The notes below the pieces were generated by a model, which searched no databases, had not been told where the DNA came from, and saw only the letters and a program-made list of their open reading frames with translations. DNA of 64,000 nt from Octopus vulgaris (taxonomy: Eukaryota), in NCBI GenBank assembly GCA_951406725.2, contig OX597836.1, positions 49,538,001 through 49,602,000 on the forward strand. The letters run 5' to 3'. Shown here in pieces: positions 38,223-52,010 of the stretch (position 1 is its first letter; each line of letters begins with the position of its first letter). The position numbers were made by a program, and so were the translations under genes.

Positions 38223-39357
38223 CTGTAAAAACTCATGTAATTTACACATTATTTTCTGCAAAACCAAAATAAACTTGAGAGAGTGAGTAAATGACAGGAG
38301 AAGATCATTTCCAGAATTTTTTAGAAATTTCTTTTTGTTGAAAAATGAGATACAAATGTAAACATTCGTACCGATATTTGACTCATTTTATGTCAGAAGA
38401 GGTTTTTACAGAAAAAATATAATGAAGTTGACTTTTATTTATGCTGGACAGTATAATGCTTACTTTTTCTGTATAAATTTACCAAAACCATTAAATGGTT
38501 AACTACTTTTTGAATTTTGACATTCATGCTGGTAATCATGGTCTGGGCCATATTTTTGCATCTAATGCTGACAACATCATAATTCATCCTTGCCTACGTA
38601 AACTCACTAATATGACTTAGCATTCAAACAGAAACCTTCATTTACCTTATACGATGTTTAATGCCATTTCACATTCATGTTGAATTATGCAGCAATTTCA
38701 TGTTCTCTTCATAGAACACTTGTAATGTACCAGTTCTTACCAGTTCTTTTGGTAGATTTTTGCTACTCTTCTTTGTCTCCTCACAGACTTGTATATTCTA
38801 ACAAGTTGCTTCTTAAATTTTGCACCTTTCTTGTTCAATAAACACTGGGTTAAACTTGCAAAGGTGGAAAATCAGAGCTTGAGACAAGAAGACACTTTCA
38901 ACTAATCAGAATTGTTTACATAATCAGTTTGATCGGTCACCAAGCTGATGTTTATTGGTAATTAAACTTAATTTGCAACACTTGTGCATATTTTTATCAG
39001 CTTTGCTTTTGTTGATAAGAATTATCAACAACTTTTCCTGTGATTGTGATTTGAGAAGATTTGTGGGCAAGAAATGTAAAATAAAGTTTATCATAAACAA
39101 CACAAACACTTTGTAATTTAGTAACTTTTAATGTGATACCTGTTAAACAGAAATTATTTTTATTTAATGAAAAGTTAATAAAATCTAATCATAAGTAAGT
39201 GAAATTATGCTAAATACAACTAAATTGAAAACTTTTTTTCCCCTGGCAATATTGGTAATTCTGAAAACTTTTGGGTGTGAATTTTACACGAGTAGAAGCT
39301 TTTTTTAACAATTTTTATCCTGAAAATTACCTGCGTAAATTACTTGGGTTTTAACAG
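38223..39357. mobile_element. TA-flanked TIR DNA transposon remnant (pogo/Tc1-mariner type), intronic
   Basis: CTGTAAAAACTCATGTAATTTACACA pairs imperfectly with TGCGTAAATTACTTGGGTTTTAACAG. TA on both sides. Confidence 0.6.
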
Positions 39358-40887
39358 TATATACATTTATATGAGTGTGTTGGTGTATCTTGACATCATG
39401 TGGAAATTGTAAATGAGTGTCAGTGTCACATAAGCAGTATCATACACTTCCAGTATTCTACGAAAACATTGGCCATGGGGAAATATTACCTTGCTTGGAA
39501 ACAGGTGATGGTTAGTGACAAGAAAGACATCAGGCCATAATACTTCAGTCTCAATAAACTCCATCCAACCATAAAGAAGTGGATGTTGAAATGAACCTGA
39601 ATGATTTATTTTATAAGCAATTCTATTCTTCTCACATTAATCAATGTACTACTTTGTACATATACTATTTAGTCTTTTCATTACTGTAACAATAATGAAG
39701 GAAATGCAAACATGCTAATTAAGGTAAAATGACACAAGCTGAAGATAGGAAAAAATCATTTGTTATGAATACTTATCCAATATATAATGATATTTGGACA
39801 CCCAATTAAAGCTGGTCCTTTAAAATCAATACCTTTCATGCTCTTGATGAGCAATTTCTCTTGTAGATCCCAGAGATATGGACACTTCTTATAAAGTTTC
39901 AAAAACTGACTGTTAAACTTGATTTTTATGTTGGCTACATAAATCTTGTAGAAAATACATTTGAAACTAAATAAAATTTACAAGACTTTAGCTCTCATCT
40001 CAGAAAAAGAAAACATAAGAGTAACATTTGTAATGCTCTGCTTTAGAGCAGAAGATGAACTTGTGTCATTGGTCAGCTGAAGGAAAAGGTCACAAGCTTT
40101 CCTTTCTAAATGTCATTGCCAGAGATTTAGAATATGAAGTGTGAAACCTTGGGGCAGTAATACAGGATTGTGGGCCCCAGAAGAGCTGTGATGTTTACTT
40201 CAACTGGGGTAACCAAATGATGATGACGATCATCATCATCATCATCATCATTGTCATTTAATGTCCTCCTTCCATGCTGGCATGGGTTGAACAGTATGAC
40301 AAGGACCGGTTAGGCAGAAGACTGCACCAGACTTCTGTGTCTGTTTTGGTATGGTTTTTATTGCTGGATACCCTTCTTAACACCAGTGACTCTGTAGGGT
40401 GGGCTGAGTGCTTTTTATGTAGCACCAGCACAGGAAAGGTCAGTTTTGGAATGGTTTTTACAGCTAGATGACCTTCCAAATGCCAACCACTTTACAGTGT
40501 GGACTGGGTGCTCTTTAAGCGGCACCAGCACTGGCAGAGTCACCAAGTAACTTTGCAAGACAAGAAGTCTTTGAGAGTGGAGTGGGGCATTGGAGGAGGA
40601 GGTGATCTTATGTTGGATGATGAATGGTTAGAGTGTGACAGATAGAAACAGTTATCTTGCTGTAGAGAAGGTACATGGTTACCCATCCAGAGAGAGAAAG
40701 GGAGGGAGCAGAAACAGGTGTGTTGCTGTAAAGGAGATACATGGTCACCTAGTCGAAGGGGAGAGCAAGAACAGAGGGAGAGAGAGAGAGGGAGTGATCA
40801 AGAATGAGAGCCAATGATAATGATTTACTAAAAACTTTGAGTTATACAAAAGCCCAAAAAGTTACCCCAAAAGCAAGGATGACTTAC

Positions 40888-40933
40888 GAAATTTGATGTC
40901 ATGTTTTCTGGTTTCATCAGAGATGCATAAGAC
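40888..40933 (-). CDS. CCDC25: CCDC25 exon ((R)SYASLMKPENMTSNF)
   Basis: CTGCAG acceptor and GTAAGT donor, 46 nt, phase 2 to 0. Confidence 0.93.
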
Positions 40934-42038
40934 CTGCAGAAGAAAGAGAAATGAGGAGAGTCAAAGGTAAATAGAAACATTTGGGTTGATGGGCAGGTGG
41001 GTGGTTGCATGAGAGAGAGAGAGAGAGAGAAAGACCAACAAACAGATTAGGGGTTCTCAACTAGAGTCCATATGGCCCAGGAGACAGGGTCCATATAAGA
41101 TTTTTAAATTTATGTGGAATGAATAGCTTATATTTTTACAACATAGAAAATATTTTAATTTTTTTTTATACAATTCCTAATAACATTCAATTATAAAAAT
41201 ACAGTACAATGCACAAACCATCCAACCCATACCAGCATGGAAAATGATGATGATCAGTAAAATATGAATCAAAAGGGTCCACAGGCAAAAAATGGTTGAG
41301 AACCAATGAGACAGATAAATAAGGGAGAGCTAGAAAGTTTTGAAGAGGAAGAGAAGGGAGAGACATGGAATTAGAAGAACTAAGTAAAGGTAATGGTGGC
41401 AGCAAATCTTCCAATAAAAGCAAGGAAAGTTTTCCACTGTTGGTTTCCATTGTAGATACTAACTGTTGGTCACAACTACTAACAGAAGTGTCCTCATTCT
41501 TTTTAACATAGTAACAAAAGATAGGATTTGAACTCAGAAAGTAAGGGATAGGAACAGAAAACACAAGATGTCTCATTTAACGCTCTAAAGATTCCACCAA
41601 TCCACTGCTCTAGATTGGTATGTTATTTATTGATTCCAAAAGGCCGGAAAGCAAACTTGACCTCAGCAGAATTTGAACCTCAAAAGGCAGTGACTTTGAC
41701 AGCCCTGGTCAAACTGTACAATCCATGCCAGAATGGACAATGGATGTTAAATGATGATGATGATGCTGATGCTGATGCTGATATACTCATTACTCACATG
41801 AATATATCCAAACACACAAATATATAACTGTCTACTTCCCTTAAACAGTTAAAAAATTTGGAGATAGCTTTTGCTTATACGAACAGTGTATCAAATATGA
41901 ACAAATTAAAAGTTCTGAATTTCATGGGGATGCAAAGGGACTGATCTTGAAACTAGGTACTTACAAAGTGATCTGTACCATACACACAACAACATTGCAG
42001 CAGCACACTATCAAACTCTGTCATACACACACACACAC

Positions 42039-42241
42039 CTTAGCTCTTCTTGTTCTTTCCGTCGTCTGATCTCCTCCTTCTCTCGCTGTTTCTCCAGGAG
42101 CATCTGCTTCCGCTTCTCAGCTTGCTCCTCTCTGTCTCGCTGCTCTCGTTCAGCTCGAAGGTCAGGTGATCTTTCCTCCTTGGTCTTTAGTAACCGGTTC
42201 ACGATACTATTCTGTCTCTTTTCGACATGCACTCTGTGAAC
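42039..42241 (-). CDS. CCDC25: CCDC25 coiled-coil exon (VHRVHVEKRQNSIVNRLLKTKEERSPDL...KEQEEL)
   Basis: TTTCAG acceptor and GTGTGT donor, 203 nt, phase 0 to 2. Conserved NRLxKTKxExxPDL. Confidence 0.95.
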
Positions 42242-42989
42242 CTGAAATACAAAATGCAATAACATTAATGTTTCTGAACATTGGTAAAATACCACAAACA
42301 TTGTAGGGAGAATTCAATCAGTTACACAGACTCAGAAGGAAGAAAGGCAAATTTCTTCAGGCAAGAATTGAACTTAGAATCTAATAGAATACATACAGTT
42401 ACATAGGCACTACTGATTCTGCAAATTCAGTCCCATACCACCACTTACTAGTAATAATACTTGCTAATTATGTCCTAAGACCAGCAATTCTGAGAAGCAG
42501 GAACAGTTACTTACACTGACCCCTGTCATCCACTGGTACTTATTTTATTGACCCCAAAATATTTGACAGGCTAAGCCAACATTAGTTGCATTTGAATTCA
42601 AAATGTTAAAAGAGGGAAGAAATGCTGCTGAACATGTCCAGGATGGTAACGGTTCTGCAAGCAATGATAATGTAAAATCAAATAAACAATGAGAGGAAAA
42701 TGACACGACTCAATGACTTTGAGGTTTTATGTTTCAGAATTCTACATTATGACAAGACTTTTAGGAATGCTTTCCTAGTGCACAGGGTGCTGGTTTCTTA
42801 TTTCTGTTAGTGTAGAAAATTATACTTAGTTAAGTATAAATAGATGAGTGGTTTAGAAGTTTACCTCTCAACCATATGGCTTCAGGTTCAGTCTCACTAA
42901 ACAATACCTTGAGTGGCAAGTGTCTTCTACTATAAGGTATTCAGATTAAATTTGATGATTTTTTTTATGCCTCCGTTTTAAAAAAAAAA

Positions 42990-43680
42990 ACGGCTGATGT
43001 ATTGTGAACAGTCAGCAGCATTTGAGAGTGTCACGATTAAAGTTGTAGTTAAGAGAAAGTTATATGACATGGAGGACTGGAAGCCATCTGAATTTTGGAA
43101 AACAGTTAGCTGTATCATGATGATTCATGCCAGGTATCAAAAGGCTGATATCATAACTGTTGCCCAATGTTCTGTGAACATAGTAAAGGCTGTAAAATGT
43201 GACATGAACAGCTGCAATGAAAACTACGAAGCCATGGCCAGCAGGAGAGAAAACATCAGGTATTCTGTCTGCACACTGGAATTCCTCCTCACATCTTTGA
43301 ACAGGGCTGTGAACTCAATTCAGACTGTTATGTGAAGCTGCTAGAGACTGTGGTCAATGCCCAGCTGGAAGGCTATTTGTGTGACAGCAAGATTCAGCTT
43401 CTGCCATACTGCTACAAAGTGTCAGAGGTGGTTGAGAGAGATTTGCTATGACTTCAGCAGCCCAATATCTGACCACCTAATTGTAATTATATGATGTATG
43501 GGATATGGCTGAGAAAGACACCAACTGCTCTGTTTGCAACACCAAGGCCAACCTAGTGGATAAGATCAAGGAGATGTTTCAAGAATCTCCCAGGAACACA
43601 GTGAGGTATGTATCCACCAGGTTCCAGAGCCATCTTGAGGCTATGGAGGAAGCTGAAGGCAGCTACTTTGAGTAAACTGT
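42990..43680 (+). mobile_element. Highly degenerate Tc1/mariner-like remnant, intronic
   Basis: Broken QQDSAxxH-like and W...EKDTN-like transposase peptides at about 43380-43530. Confidence 0.4.
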
Positions 43681-43939
43681 TATTTGCCAACCATAATTTA
43701 GTTGATATTTTAGGATTTAAAAAAAAATACTTTTATTTTGGGATGGGATATTGTGTTTTCTTTTTATGCAAATTTAGCCTCAACACTGTGTATTAGTTTA
43801 ATGCTTGGGAAGAATGGAAAAGTCTTTCATGTTTTGAGCTTGCATTCTTCAACAGAGAGGATTAAGAGGAGAAAAAAGAGACAGAATGACAAAAGAAAGA
43901 GAGAAAAAAAATTTTTTACAGGGATATATATATATATAT

Positions 43940-43980
<41 letters not shown>

Positions 43981-45408
43981 GCACCATTTGAGCATGGTCA
44001 ATGCAAGTGCTGCCTGACTGGCTTCCATGGTGGTGGCACATAAAAAGCACCATTTGAGCATGGTTGATGCCAGTGCCACCTGACTAGCTCCCCTGCCAAT
44101 GACACATAAATTGCACCATTTGAGCATGCCATAAAAAGTAATCCATGGCATGTAAAAAGCACCATTTAAGCATGGTTGATGCCAATGCTACCTCCCGTGC
44201 CAGTGGCATGTAAAAAGCACCCACTACACTTTGGAGTGGTTGGCGTTAGGAAGGGCATCCAGATGCAGAAACCTTGCCAGATCAGAGTGGAGCCTGGTGC
44301 AGCACAGCTACAGACAATAACATATTTTTGTGGCTGGGCTGCAACAAGCTGATTAGAAATGTCAACAAAATTGACATTTCCAATCAGCTAATCATAAACC
44401 AACACTCTGCTTTCAAATTATTCTGAGATTTAAAAAAAATGTCTTAGAAAAAAAAAAAAGAAATGGGTGACAAAGAGTGCATTCAGATTTAGAAATCCTG
44501 CCTCAATTTTTATGTCTAAGACATGCTAGTATGGGAAAACAAAATTATAAAAATTGTGTGTGCATGTATCATATAATTAGGAGTATGTATAGCAGTGTAC
44601 TTGTGTGGAACTTTAAAAGAGTGAAGTAGGGTGAACAAGCAATGAAAAGGAAAGAATTGTTGACAACCAACAATATTTTGGTTTCCATTTTCTGGCAAGG
44701 GGCACAATTCTTGATCTATATTAAACGTCAACAGAACTGTACCTTCACAGTTCTGAGAAGTTAGGGTTAGTAAACAAATCGTTAAGTAAATTTACACATA
44801 CAATGGGGATACATCCCCAACGTCTGTGTTAAAAATTAAAATAATTCTGTGACACCATCTACATAATATATAGGATAAGCTGAGGTATTTTGCTTTGCTG
44901 CGGGAGGACATAAGGTTACTTAATATCATCAGAAATTTAAAATAAACAAAATATATAAAAAAGAAGAAAAAAAAGAGAGAGAGAGAGACATATAATCCTA
45001 ACTCGCATAATCAAATTTAGAATTGAATTGTTAATAGACTGGTTTCTCTTCTTCCTACTTAGTTGGAATCTTTGGCTCATCATTGAAATGAATCTTTGTT
45101 GTGTTTTTTCTGTATTTCCATGATCACTGGTCTAATGCCCTTTGTTAAGATCTTTAGATATATCACATGCTTCTCTTCTCAAGTGCAACATTTCACTGTT
45201 AAGCTTTTTTTGCCATAAATCCTTTTATTCAAAGAGCTTCTTTCCTTGAAATGCTGCTCTCTGTAACTCACTACCATCATCTTCTTTGATATTCAGTCCT
45301 TTAAACCTTCTGTCTATCAACATATCTTGAATCTGTAGGCCTATTTTTCATCTCTTTACAGTGACCTCAAACCTTGTTTGGGACAAAATCATTAAAAAAA
45401 ATACTGAC

Positions 45409-45512
45409 CTCTTTTTCTGAATTAAATCCAACCTGCCCCACATCCATACTTGGTGTTTTCTTCAGGTTACTCCACATTGTATAAACTACATCTACATTGT
45501 TCATTTTGTTGC
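45409..45512 (-). CDS. CCDC25: CCDC25 exon ((G)[34 protein letters not shown])
   Basis: TTGCAG acceptor and GTCAGT donor, 104 nt, phase 1 to 0. Not in the ORF track. Confidence 0.95.
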
Positions 45513-46039
45513 CTGCAAATAAAAGACAACATCAGTACTAACTCACTTGATTCCAACCAATCAAAATTGCCCCTGGTTCTGTGATATAAATTTCTTATTT
45601 AAAATATTTCATTTTTGTAATTTGGTTTGCAAGGTTCTAGATGTGAATTCACGAGTTGAAATATAATTTGTTGTATCTTGGGAGGGTCATTATACCAATA
45701 ATAAATGCACACACTGGTTCTAATTCACTTCTTTAGTATTTATTTGTCAGTAAACCTAACCCTGAACAATTAACCAATCGATTGTATAATTAATCATTTG
45801 CTTAATCAATCAATCAGTTAGGTTTGTTAAAGTCCTTTCATCATTTGCAACCTCTCTGTTTCAGGTTTGATTTGACGGCTCATCACTGATGAAATTACAA
45901 ATGGTAATGAAAGGACTTTGACAAATTGACTAAAGAAATGGTTAATCAAACAATCAAGTGGTGTAATGACCTTCCCAAAATACAACAAAATTAAATAAAA
46001 ATCTAACAAAACTTTATGTTAATTTATATTCCAAATGGA

Positions 46040-46378
46040 AAGTAAAAGTTCACTTTTGGTGATGAATGACCACGAGATTACATCTAGAATGTTCCCCTCT
46101 TAGGCATAAGTCTAGGGGAGGTTATTCATGGAAGATCAGCTGTCACCAATGCATACCAGTTTCCTCTCTCCACACCATCAATGTTATCCAAGGGAAAGAC
46201 AAAGGCTGATACAGCTTGGTGCCAATGACGTTGCAACTCATTTCTACAGCTGAATAAACTGGAGCAATGTGAAATAAAGTGTCTTGTTCAAGAACACAAC
46301 ACACAGCTCGGTCAGGGAATTGAACTCAGTACCTCATGATTGTGAGCCTGATACTCTAACCACTGAGTCATGTGCCTT
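46040..46378 (-). mobile_element. tRNA-derived SINE, older copy of the family at 47439
   Basis: Aligns by eye along its length to the reverse complement of 47439-47775. Confidence 0.8.
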
Positions 46379-47188
46379 CACTATATTCCAAATACCAGCT
46401 TAATAATGATAAAGTTATTTTACTACATTCTCCATTATTTCTTTTCAAGATTAATTGAAATATAGACTCATGCTAGTATGGAAGGCAGACATTAAATGAT
46501 GATGATGATGATGATGAATGTGCAATTCAGTAGAAATTTGGTAACAAAAGAGTTAAGGATTTCCTAAGTAGCAGAGAGGGAGAGGAGTTGATGAGGATGA
46601 TTCTCAATAACAATTATGAAAGTTCATTGATATTCGAGGTTGCCATTAATGGTAACAAATTATCTGAGGATGCCATAGAAAAGATTGTTGGGTGAAAGAT
46701 ATATGGCAATGGTGATTATCCGAGAGAATTAGTGTTCATAGTAGTTAACTGACAAAAAAACCCCCAGTTTGTTGTGACTGCCATAAATGGGAGTAGCCAT
46801 AGTGAATAAAACTGGTGTAGTCCACCACAGACATTGTGTTATACAATGTCTTGGTTCAGTGAAGGCTATCCCATTTATTTAGAACTAATATTTGAGAAAG
46901 GCTTTATAACAAGAATAAAGGCCACCATGAATGATATAAATTTACCAGAAACACAACCACTGATGGCAACCAGCACATCTACCATATGAGGTGGTATCAA
47001 AAATTCCCAGACTAATTCTGTAGCATACCAACGGATGGCAGTACATGGTTGTATACACAGTGAGAGCTAGTAGTGAAACTTCATGTGCCACCTGAAACCA
47101 CATGGCCATGCATGTGCATATAAAATAGTTATAATGCTGATTCTGAAATGAAACAAAAAGAAAAGATGTTGCCAGATTGGCTCCTCAC

Positions 47189-47264
47189 CTTGGATGCTGT
47201 TTGCTTTGACTAACTGAGCACAGTCATCAATCACAGTCTGTGGGATGTCGTCTATTGAGTCTCC
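47189..47264 (-). CDS. CCDC25: CCDC25 exon (GDSIDDIPQTVIDDCAQLVKANSIQ)
   Basis: CAATAG acceptor and GTGAGG donor, 76 nt, phase 0 to 1. Conserved DCAxLVKANSI. Confidence 0.95.
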
Positions 47265-47438
47265 CTATTGAAAACAAGATGAAAACAGAAAATAGATTAG
47301 ATAAAACAAATGTGACTGTGTCTATGTTACCTTTCAAGGTTTAAAAGGGCAGTGGATTGTGGGTCGAACAAAAGACCTTGCAATTTTCAGTTACCACTAA
47401 GTTCTGAATTGAAAATCCTACAAATTATAACAGCACTA

Positions 47439-47775
47439 GCGCATGGCTCAGTGGTTAGAGCGTCGAGCTTACGATCGTGAGGTTGTGAGCTCGAATCCCG
47501 GACCGGGCTGCGTGTTGTGTTCTTGAGCAAGACACTTTATTTCACGTTGCTCCAGTTCACTCAGCTGTAGAAATGAGTTGCGACGTCACAGGTGCCAAGC
47601 TGTATCGACCTTTGTCTTTCCCTTGGATAACACTGGTGGTGTGGAGAGGGGAGGCCGGTATGCATGGGCGACTGCTGGTCTTCCATAAAACAACCTTGCC
47701 CAGACTTGTGCCTCAGAGGGTAACTCTCTAGGTGCAAACCCATGGTCACTCATGACCGAAGGGGGTCTTTACCCT
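47439..47775 (+). mobile_element. tRNA-derived SINE, full length
   Basis: A box TGGCTCAGTGG and B box-like GAGCTCGAATCCC, followed by body TTCTTGAGCAAGACACTT...CAGCTGTAGAAATGAG and tail (CTTTAC)n. Confidence 0.85.
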
Positions 47776-49855
47776 TTATGATAACCACTACACCATGAAG
47801 AAACTTTACAGGACTGTTTGACTTGATAGAAACAACAGCATTTGTTACCTCACACAAATACACTTGGATGAAATGAGTAGAGTGTTGTTGCAATAGAAGA
47901 AAGAAAAAAAGAGCAAAAGAAGGAAAGGAAGGAGAAAAAGAAGAAAAGAAAGTGGGAGAAAAATCTAGCAGTAAACGATATCTCCAATATACCAAGAAGA
48001 GAGCCTTTACAAAAGGGATAAGGGAACTCCTCACCTGTGTGCAAGATGTTCTTACTTGTATTCGAATTTGAATGAAAGAGTCACTAAAATCCAATATGAA
48101 ATGAAAAACTTTGAGATCCAAGAGTTAAAGAGAAATTTACCACAAATTCCAAAACTATAAATTGCTAAGATTAATGATTAATTAACCATTTATGCATTAT
48201 ACTTCATGTATATCAGTTGCTGCCACTATTCATCCTGAGACAAAAGTTCTTATGGGACATGCTGTATTAAAAACAATAAAGATAAGAGTAAGACAAAAAC
48301 ATCAGCCCAGCAGCAGCAGCTGACTGTGAGTACATAACATTGAGGAGGCTCAGAAAGGCTGACGTGTGTCTGACATTCTCACCAGCCAATTCTTGAGTGA
48401 TTTTTGTCTCCCTCTGATAGTTATTTTTTAACATATCAGATCCATAAGAAATGTTATCTTAACACAAATACCATAGTAACTGGCCTATCAATAGTGAATA
48501 TATGTTAAGTATGATACATAGATGGCTATTTTAATTCAATATTGCCTCAATTGCATAATGTTAATTATTTTCCTGAGCATAAATGAATCCTTTCAAATCA
48601 TTATACACCTGCAATTTAGTCTTGTACTGCAAAGATGAATAAGGGTCCAAACCTCTGTTCTATGTTGTCACTTGACCAGCTAGAAATGGAAGTCAGATTT
48701 TCTTTAAATCACATAGTTTATTGTCTCAAAAAAAGGACAATATTTAATGCTACATGGGATAGCAAAATATTAGAAATACAATGTCTGAATGAAAGACAGG
48801 TTAGCTGTGGTTGAAAGATTTTTTGATTATCTACAAAAGCAGCATTGCACCAAGGGCTACACAATAACAAGTACCCAGTCATTATAGCTGATAGCCTATA
48901 GGATAGAGACAAGATGGCAAAGTGGATTAAATATTGAGTAGCCAACTCATTGGTCATTGAGTTCAAAACCCACAAGAGATGACTGTTTGTGCTTCTAGGT
49001 AGAACACTTCATTCTGCACTGCTCTAGTTCATTTATCCCTCTGAGAATGTTACCTATCATGGAACTGGTTCCACATACTGAGATGAAGATTTATGTCCTA
49101 TATACTCAGTTCCAATCTCAAATCAACACTCACACACTTCCATACTTACCCATCTTTTCTGTTCCTCTATCTCTGTTCTCTCTCTCTCTCTCTCTCTCCT
49201 ATTCACATTTGTATTCATCTCTTCAACGAAACCCCTTTCCCTATCCCTCTATCATACTTTCACATCCTTCAATAATATATCCCACTCAGCCGAGGAGGCC
49301 TTGTCTTATTTGGTCTAATCACTTGATAACCTCACTAGTGCTGGGACCATGTAGTGCACTGTATAAAGTTGTAGGCATTAGGAAGGGCATTCAGCTGCTG
49401 AAACCATTCCAATGCAGATGTTGGTGCTTAGTATAGCCCTCTGGTTCATTGTTTTCTGTTGAACCATCCAACCCACACAAGCATGGAAAAAAAGGAAATT
49501 AAATGATGATGATGATAATGATGACTTCATGTTAACCTTAAAAGCCAAGACGGAGCACTTGCACTCAGAAGCATCCCCTGCCATTATATCAGAGTTTCAA
49601 AGGTATTTAGACTGGAATCTTTTTTTTTTATGGTTTGGTTAAGAGGAAGGAGCTGTGCCTATCTCTGCAGACAAATAGTAAAACTGATATGATTGGTGTT
49701 CCTCTCAAATAAATGCAAGTTTGACAGCTGAAGGAAAATCATGAGAGAGGAAGAAATTCCTGGAGTTGATGATATTCAGGGAGAATAAATCAAAGTGGTT
49801 AGAGCAGAAATGGAAGTGAGGAGGACACAATATGGGAAAATACAAAGGGAGTTAC

Positions 49856-49907
49856 CTTGTGTAGACGTAGGTAGACATGCGCAGAGGAAACTTTATCAAC
49901 ATGAAAC
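49856..49907 (-). CDS. CCDC25: CCDC25 exon ((W)FHVDKVSSAHVYLRLHK)
   Basis: TTTCAG acceptor and GTAACT donor, 52 nt. Hallmark WFHVDKxSSAHVYLRL of the NFACT-R-like domain. Confidence 0.95.
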
Positions 49908-50224
49908 CTGAAACAAAAAGAAAAAAAAGATATGCTGTTGTGACTATTTAGACAAAAAGATCTTCAGTAACCACAGGGGTCAACTCTGGCATTTAGGTGG
50001 GATTCTTTAGCTTATTTACAGCTAGCTATCTCATTTATCTACAACCAGTTACCCTGGCTGTTCTCGAATGGAGTAAGTGGAGCAAGAACACAAATGGAAA
50101 TGAAAAGTGTCGCTGAAGAAGTCACAGATGTATGATGAAAGATTTCTGGACAATTGACAGGCATTAAAATAATAAAATAAGAACAGTAATAAACAAATGA
50201 GGAAGAAGAAGAAGAAAAGTATCT

Positions 50225-50555
50225 GTGCTCATTAGGCAGAAATCTCTGGTGGAGGCGCCATCCAACCAAAATGCAAATATATGGGAAACTACCACCTGTG
50301 TCATCTCTTGTGAAAGGTAGGAGAGTCCAGTTTGCTGGACATTGTTGTAGAGCTGAAAAAGAAGTAATTTCTACTCTTCTCCTCTGGAAGCCATCTACTC
50401 GCAACACCAGAGGGCGCACACTCTTCTACCCTGATGTAATCTCCAGGGATACAGGCATCCAGCAACAGGACCTCCGTAATGCCATGATGGACCGTGAAGT
50501 CTGGCGTAGCATGGTAAATTCCATTGTCTCGACCACGGTCGAACAATGATGATGT
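50225..50555 (+). mobile_element. 3' end of a 5'-truncated LINE with short (GAT)n tail
   Basis: RRVQFAGHCCRA...LLLWKP...RGR...AMMDREVWR followed by TGATGATG. Confidence 0.75.
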
Positions 50556-52010
50556 TGATTAGGCAGAAAATGAATAAATAATGACTATCCTGAAATACAA
50601 TATTTATTTTAACACACGATTTCACATCAGGAATCTTGTAAAACAAACTGATAAACATATATATACATATATATAAATAAATAAATGGAGTTAAACGGAG
50701 GTGTTATTCAAATTCTTTTACTTCTGACACATGTTTCGAAGATATGGTGTAAAACAATGTAATCTCTTCAAGGAAGTGAAGAAACGAAACTCGTCAATAA
50801 GACACATTAACGGAATATGATGGATATGTATAGTGATTAAGTGAACACTATTAAGTTTGTTTTAAAAAATGTTAGAGGGTATAACGTCAAAAGTAGCCTA
50901 TAGAAATAGGAGGGGTAAAGGAAAAAAACCCCAAAATAAACGAGAAGTATATAACGATATGTAAATTAAATAAAACTATAAAGTCTTGGAAAAAGATATA
51001 TCTAGTAAATGTGTAATGTAAGAAGAAAATTAATGTTTAAATTATATATAATGATAGATATCACTTATATGAACTAAAGGTGTGTTTCTGCCAATGTTTA
51101 CATTAGTATGCACATTCTATAACCGTGTTTACAAGGGGATTTTTAGAAAAAAGAATAAAAAATAAAAGGGTTTCTTGGTGGTGTATGAGAGGGGTGTGGA
51201 AGAAGGGAAAGAGGGGTGTGGAAGAAGAGAAAAAAATTGCAAAATGTCAGGGACTGGTGAGAGTGAAGCTGCCAAGAGAGGGATTTGGATATGGATGACA
51301 GAGGTGTTTGGATACCTGATGAAAAGTGGGAGAGATTTATGGGTGCATTTTCTTTTGAACATGTGAAAATGGTAGATGAGTTCTGGTTGGATGAGGATTC
51401 ACCTTCTGTAGTGGAATACGAGAGGTTGGAAAAATAGTGATAAAAGAACTTTCTGAAAGAAAAAGGAAAGATTAGCAAAAATTAATGTGAACTTTGAAAA
51501 TGTAAAAAGAGAAAAAATCTGAAAAATAATGTACATATATAGAAGACTGGTAAAAAATGTAACCACTCAACTGTGGGGGGGTCGAGTGGGGCGCTGCACC
51601 TCATTTTCATTCTGTCATCATTCGTTTCTTTTCTTTTTTTCTTCTTGTTTCATCCTCTGTTTGTAATTTTTAGTTCCCTGAGTTTATGTTTTGTCACATT
51701 TTGTATTGTCTCTGTTGTTCTATATTTGTCAACAAGCATCTTCATAGCCTTTTATAGGTAATAAAAAATTAGACTGCTCGCACAGCACTGCCAGCAGTAT
51801 TCAATTGCAAGTTACCATTTGCCTCTGATTTCATGTGAGCGCTCTTTTCATTTAATTATTCCAACTTAAACTAAGCCATTTCAAAACTCCAAAATTAAAA
51901 AGCTTTAATTCGGTCTGCTTCATTAACATTTTTGCCAACTGCATTTTACCATTTTCTGGGTGCTACACATTCACCACTTTTGCTATTTGTTAAACTGATA
52001 ATTTTTCACA

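Noticed and set aside
47439-47510. tRNA gene
   Set aside because: The A and B boxes run into a SINE body that has another copy at 46040-46378. No full cloverleaf or terminator was seen.
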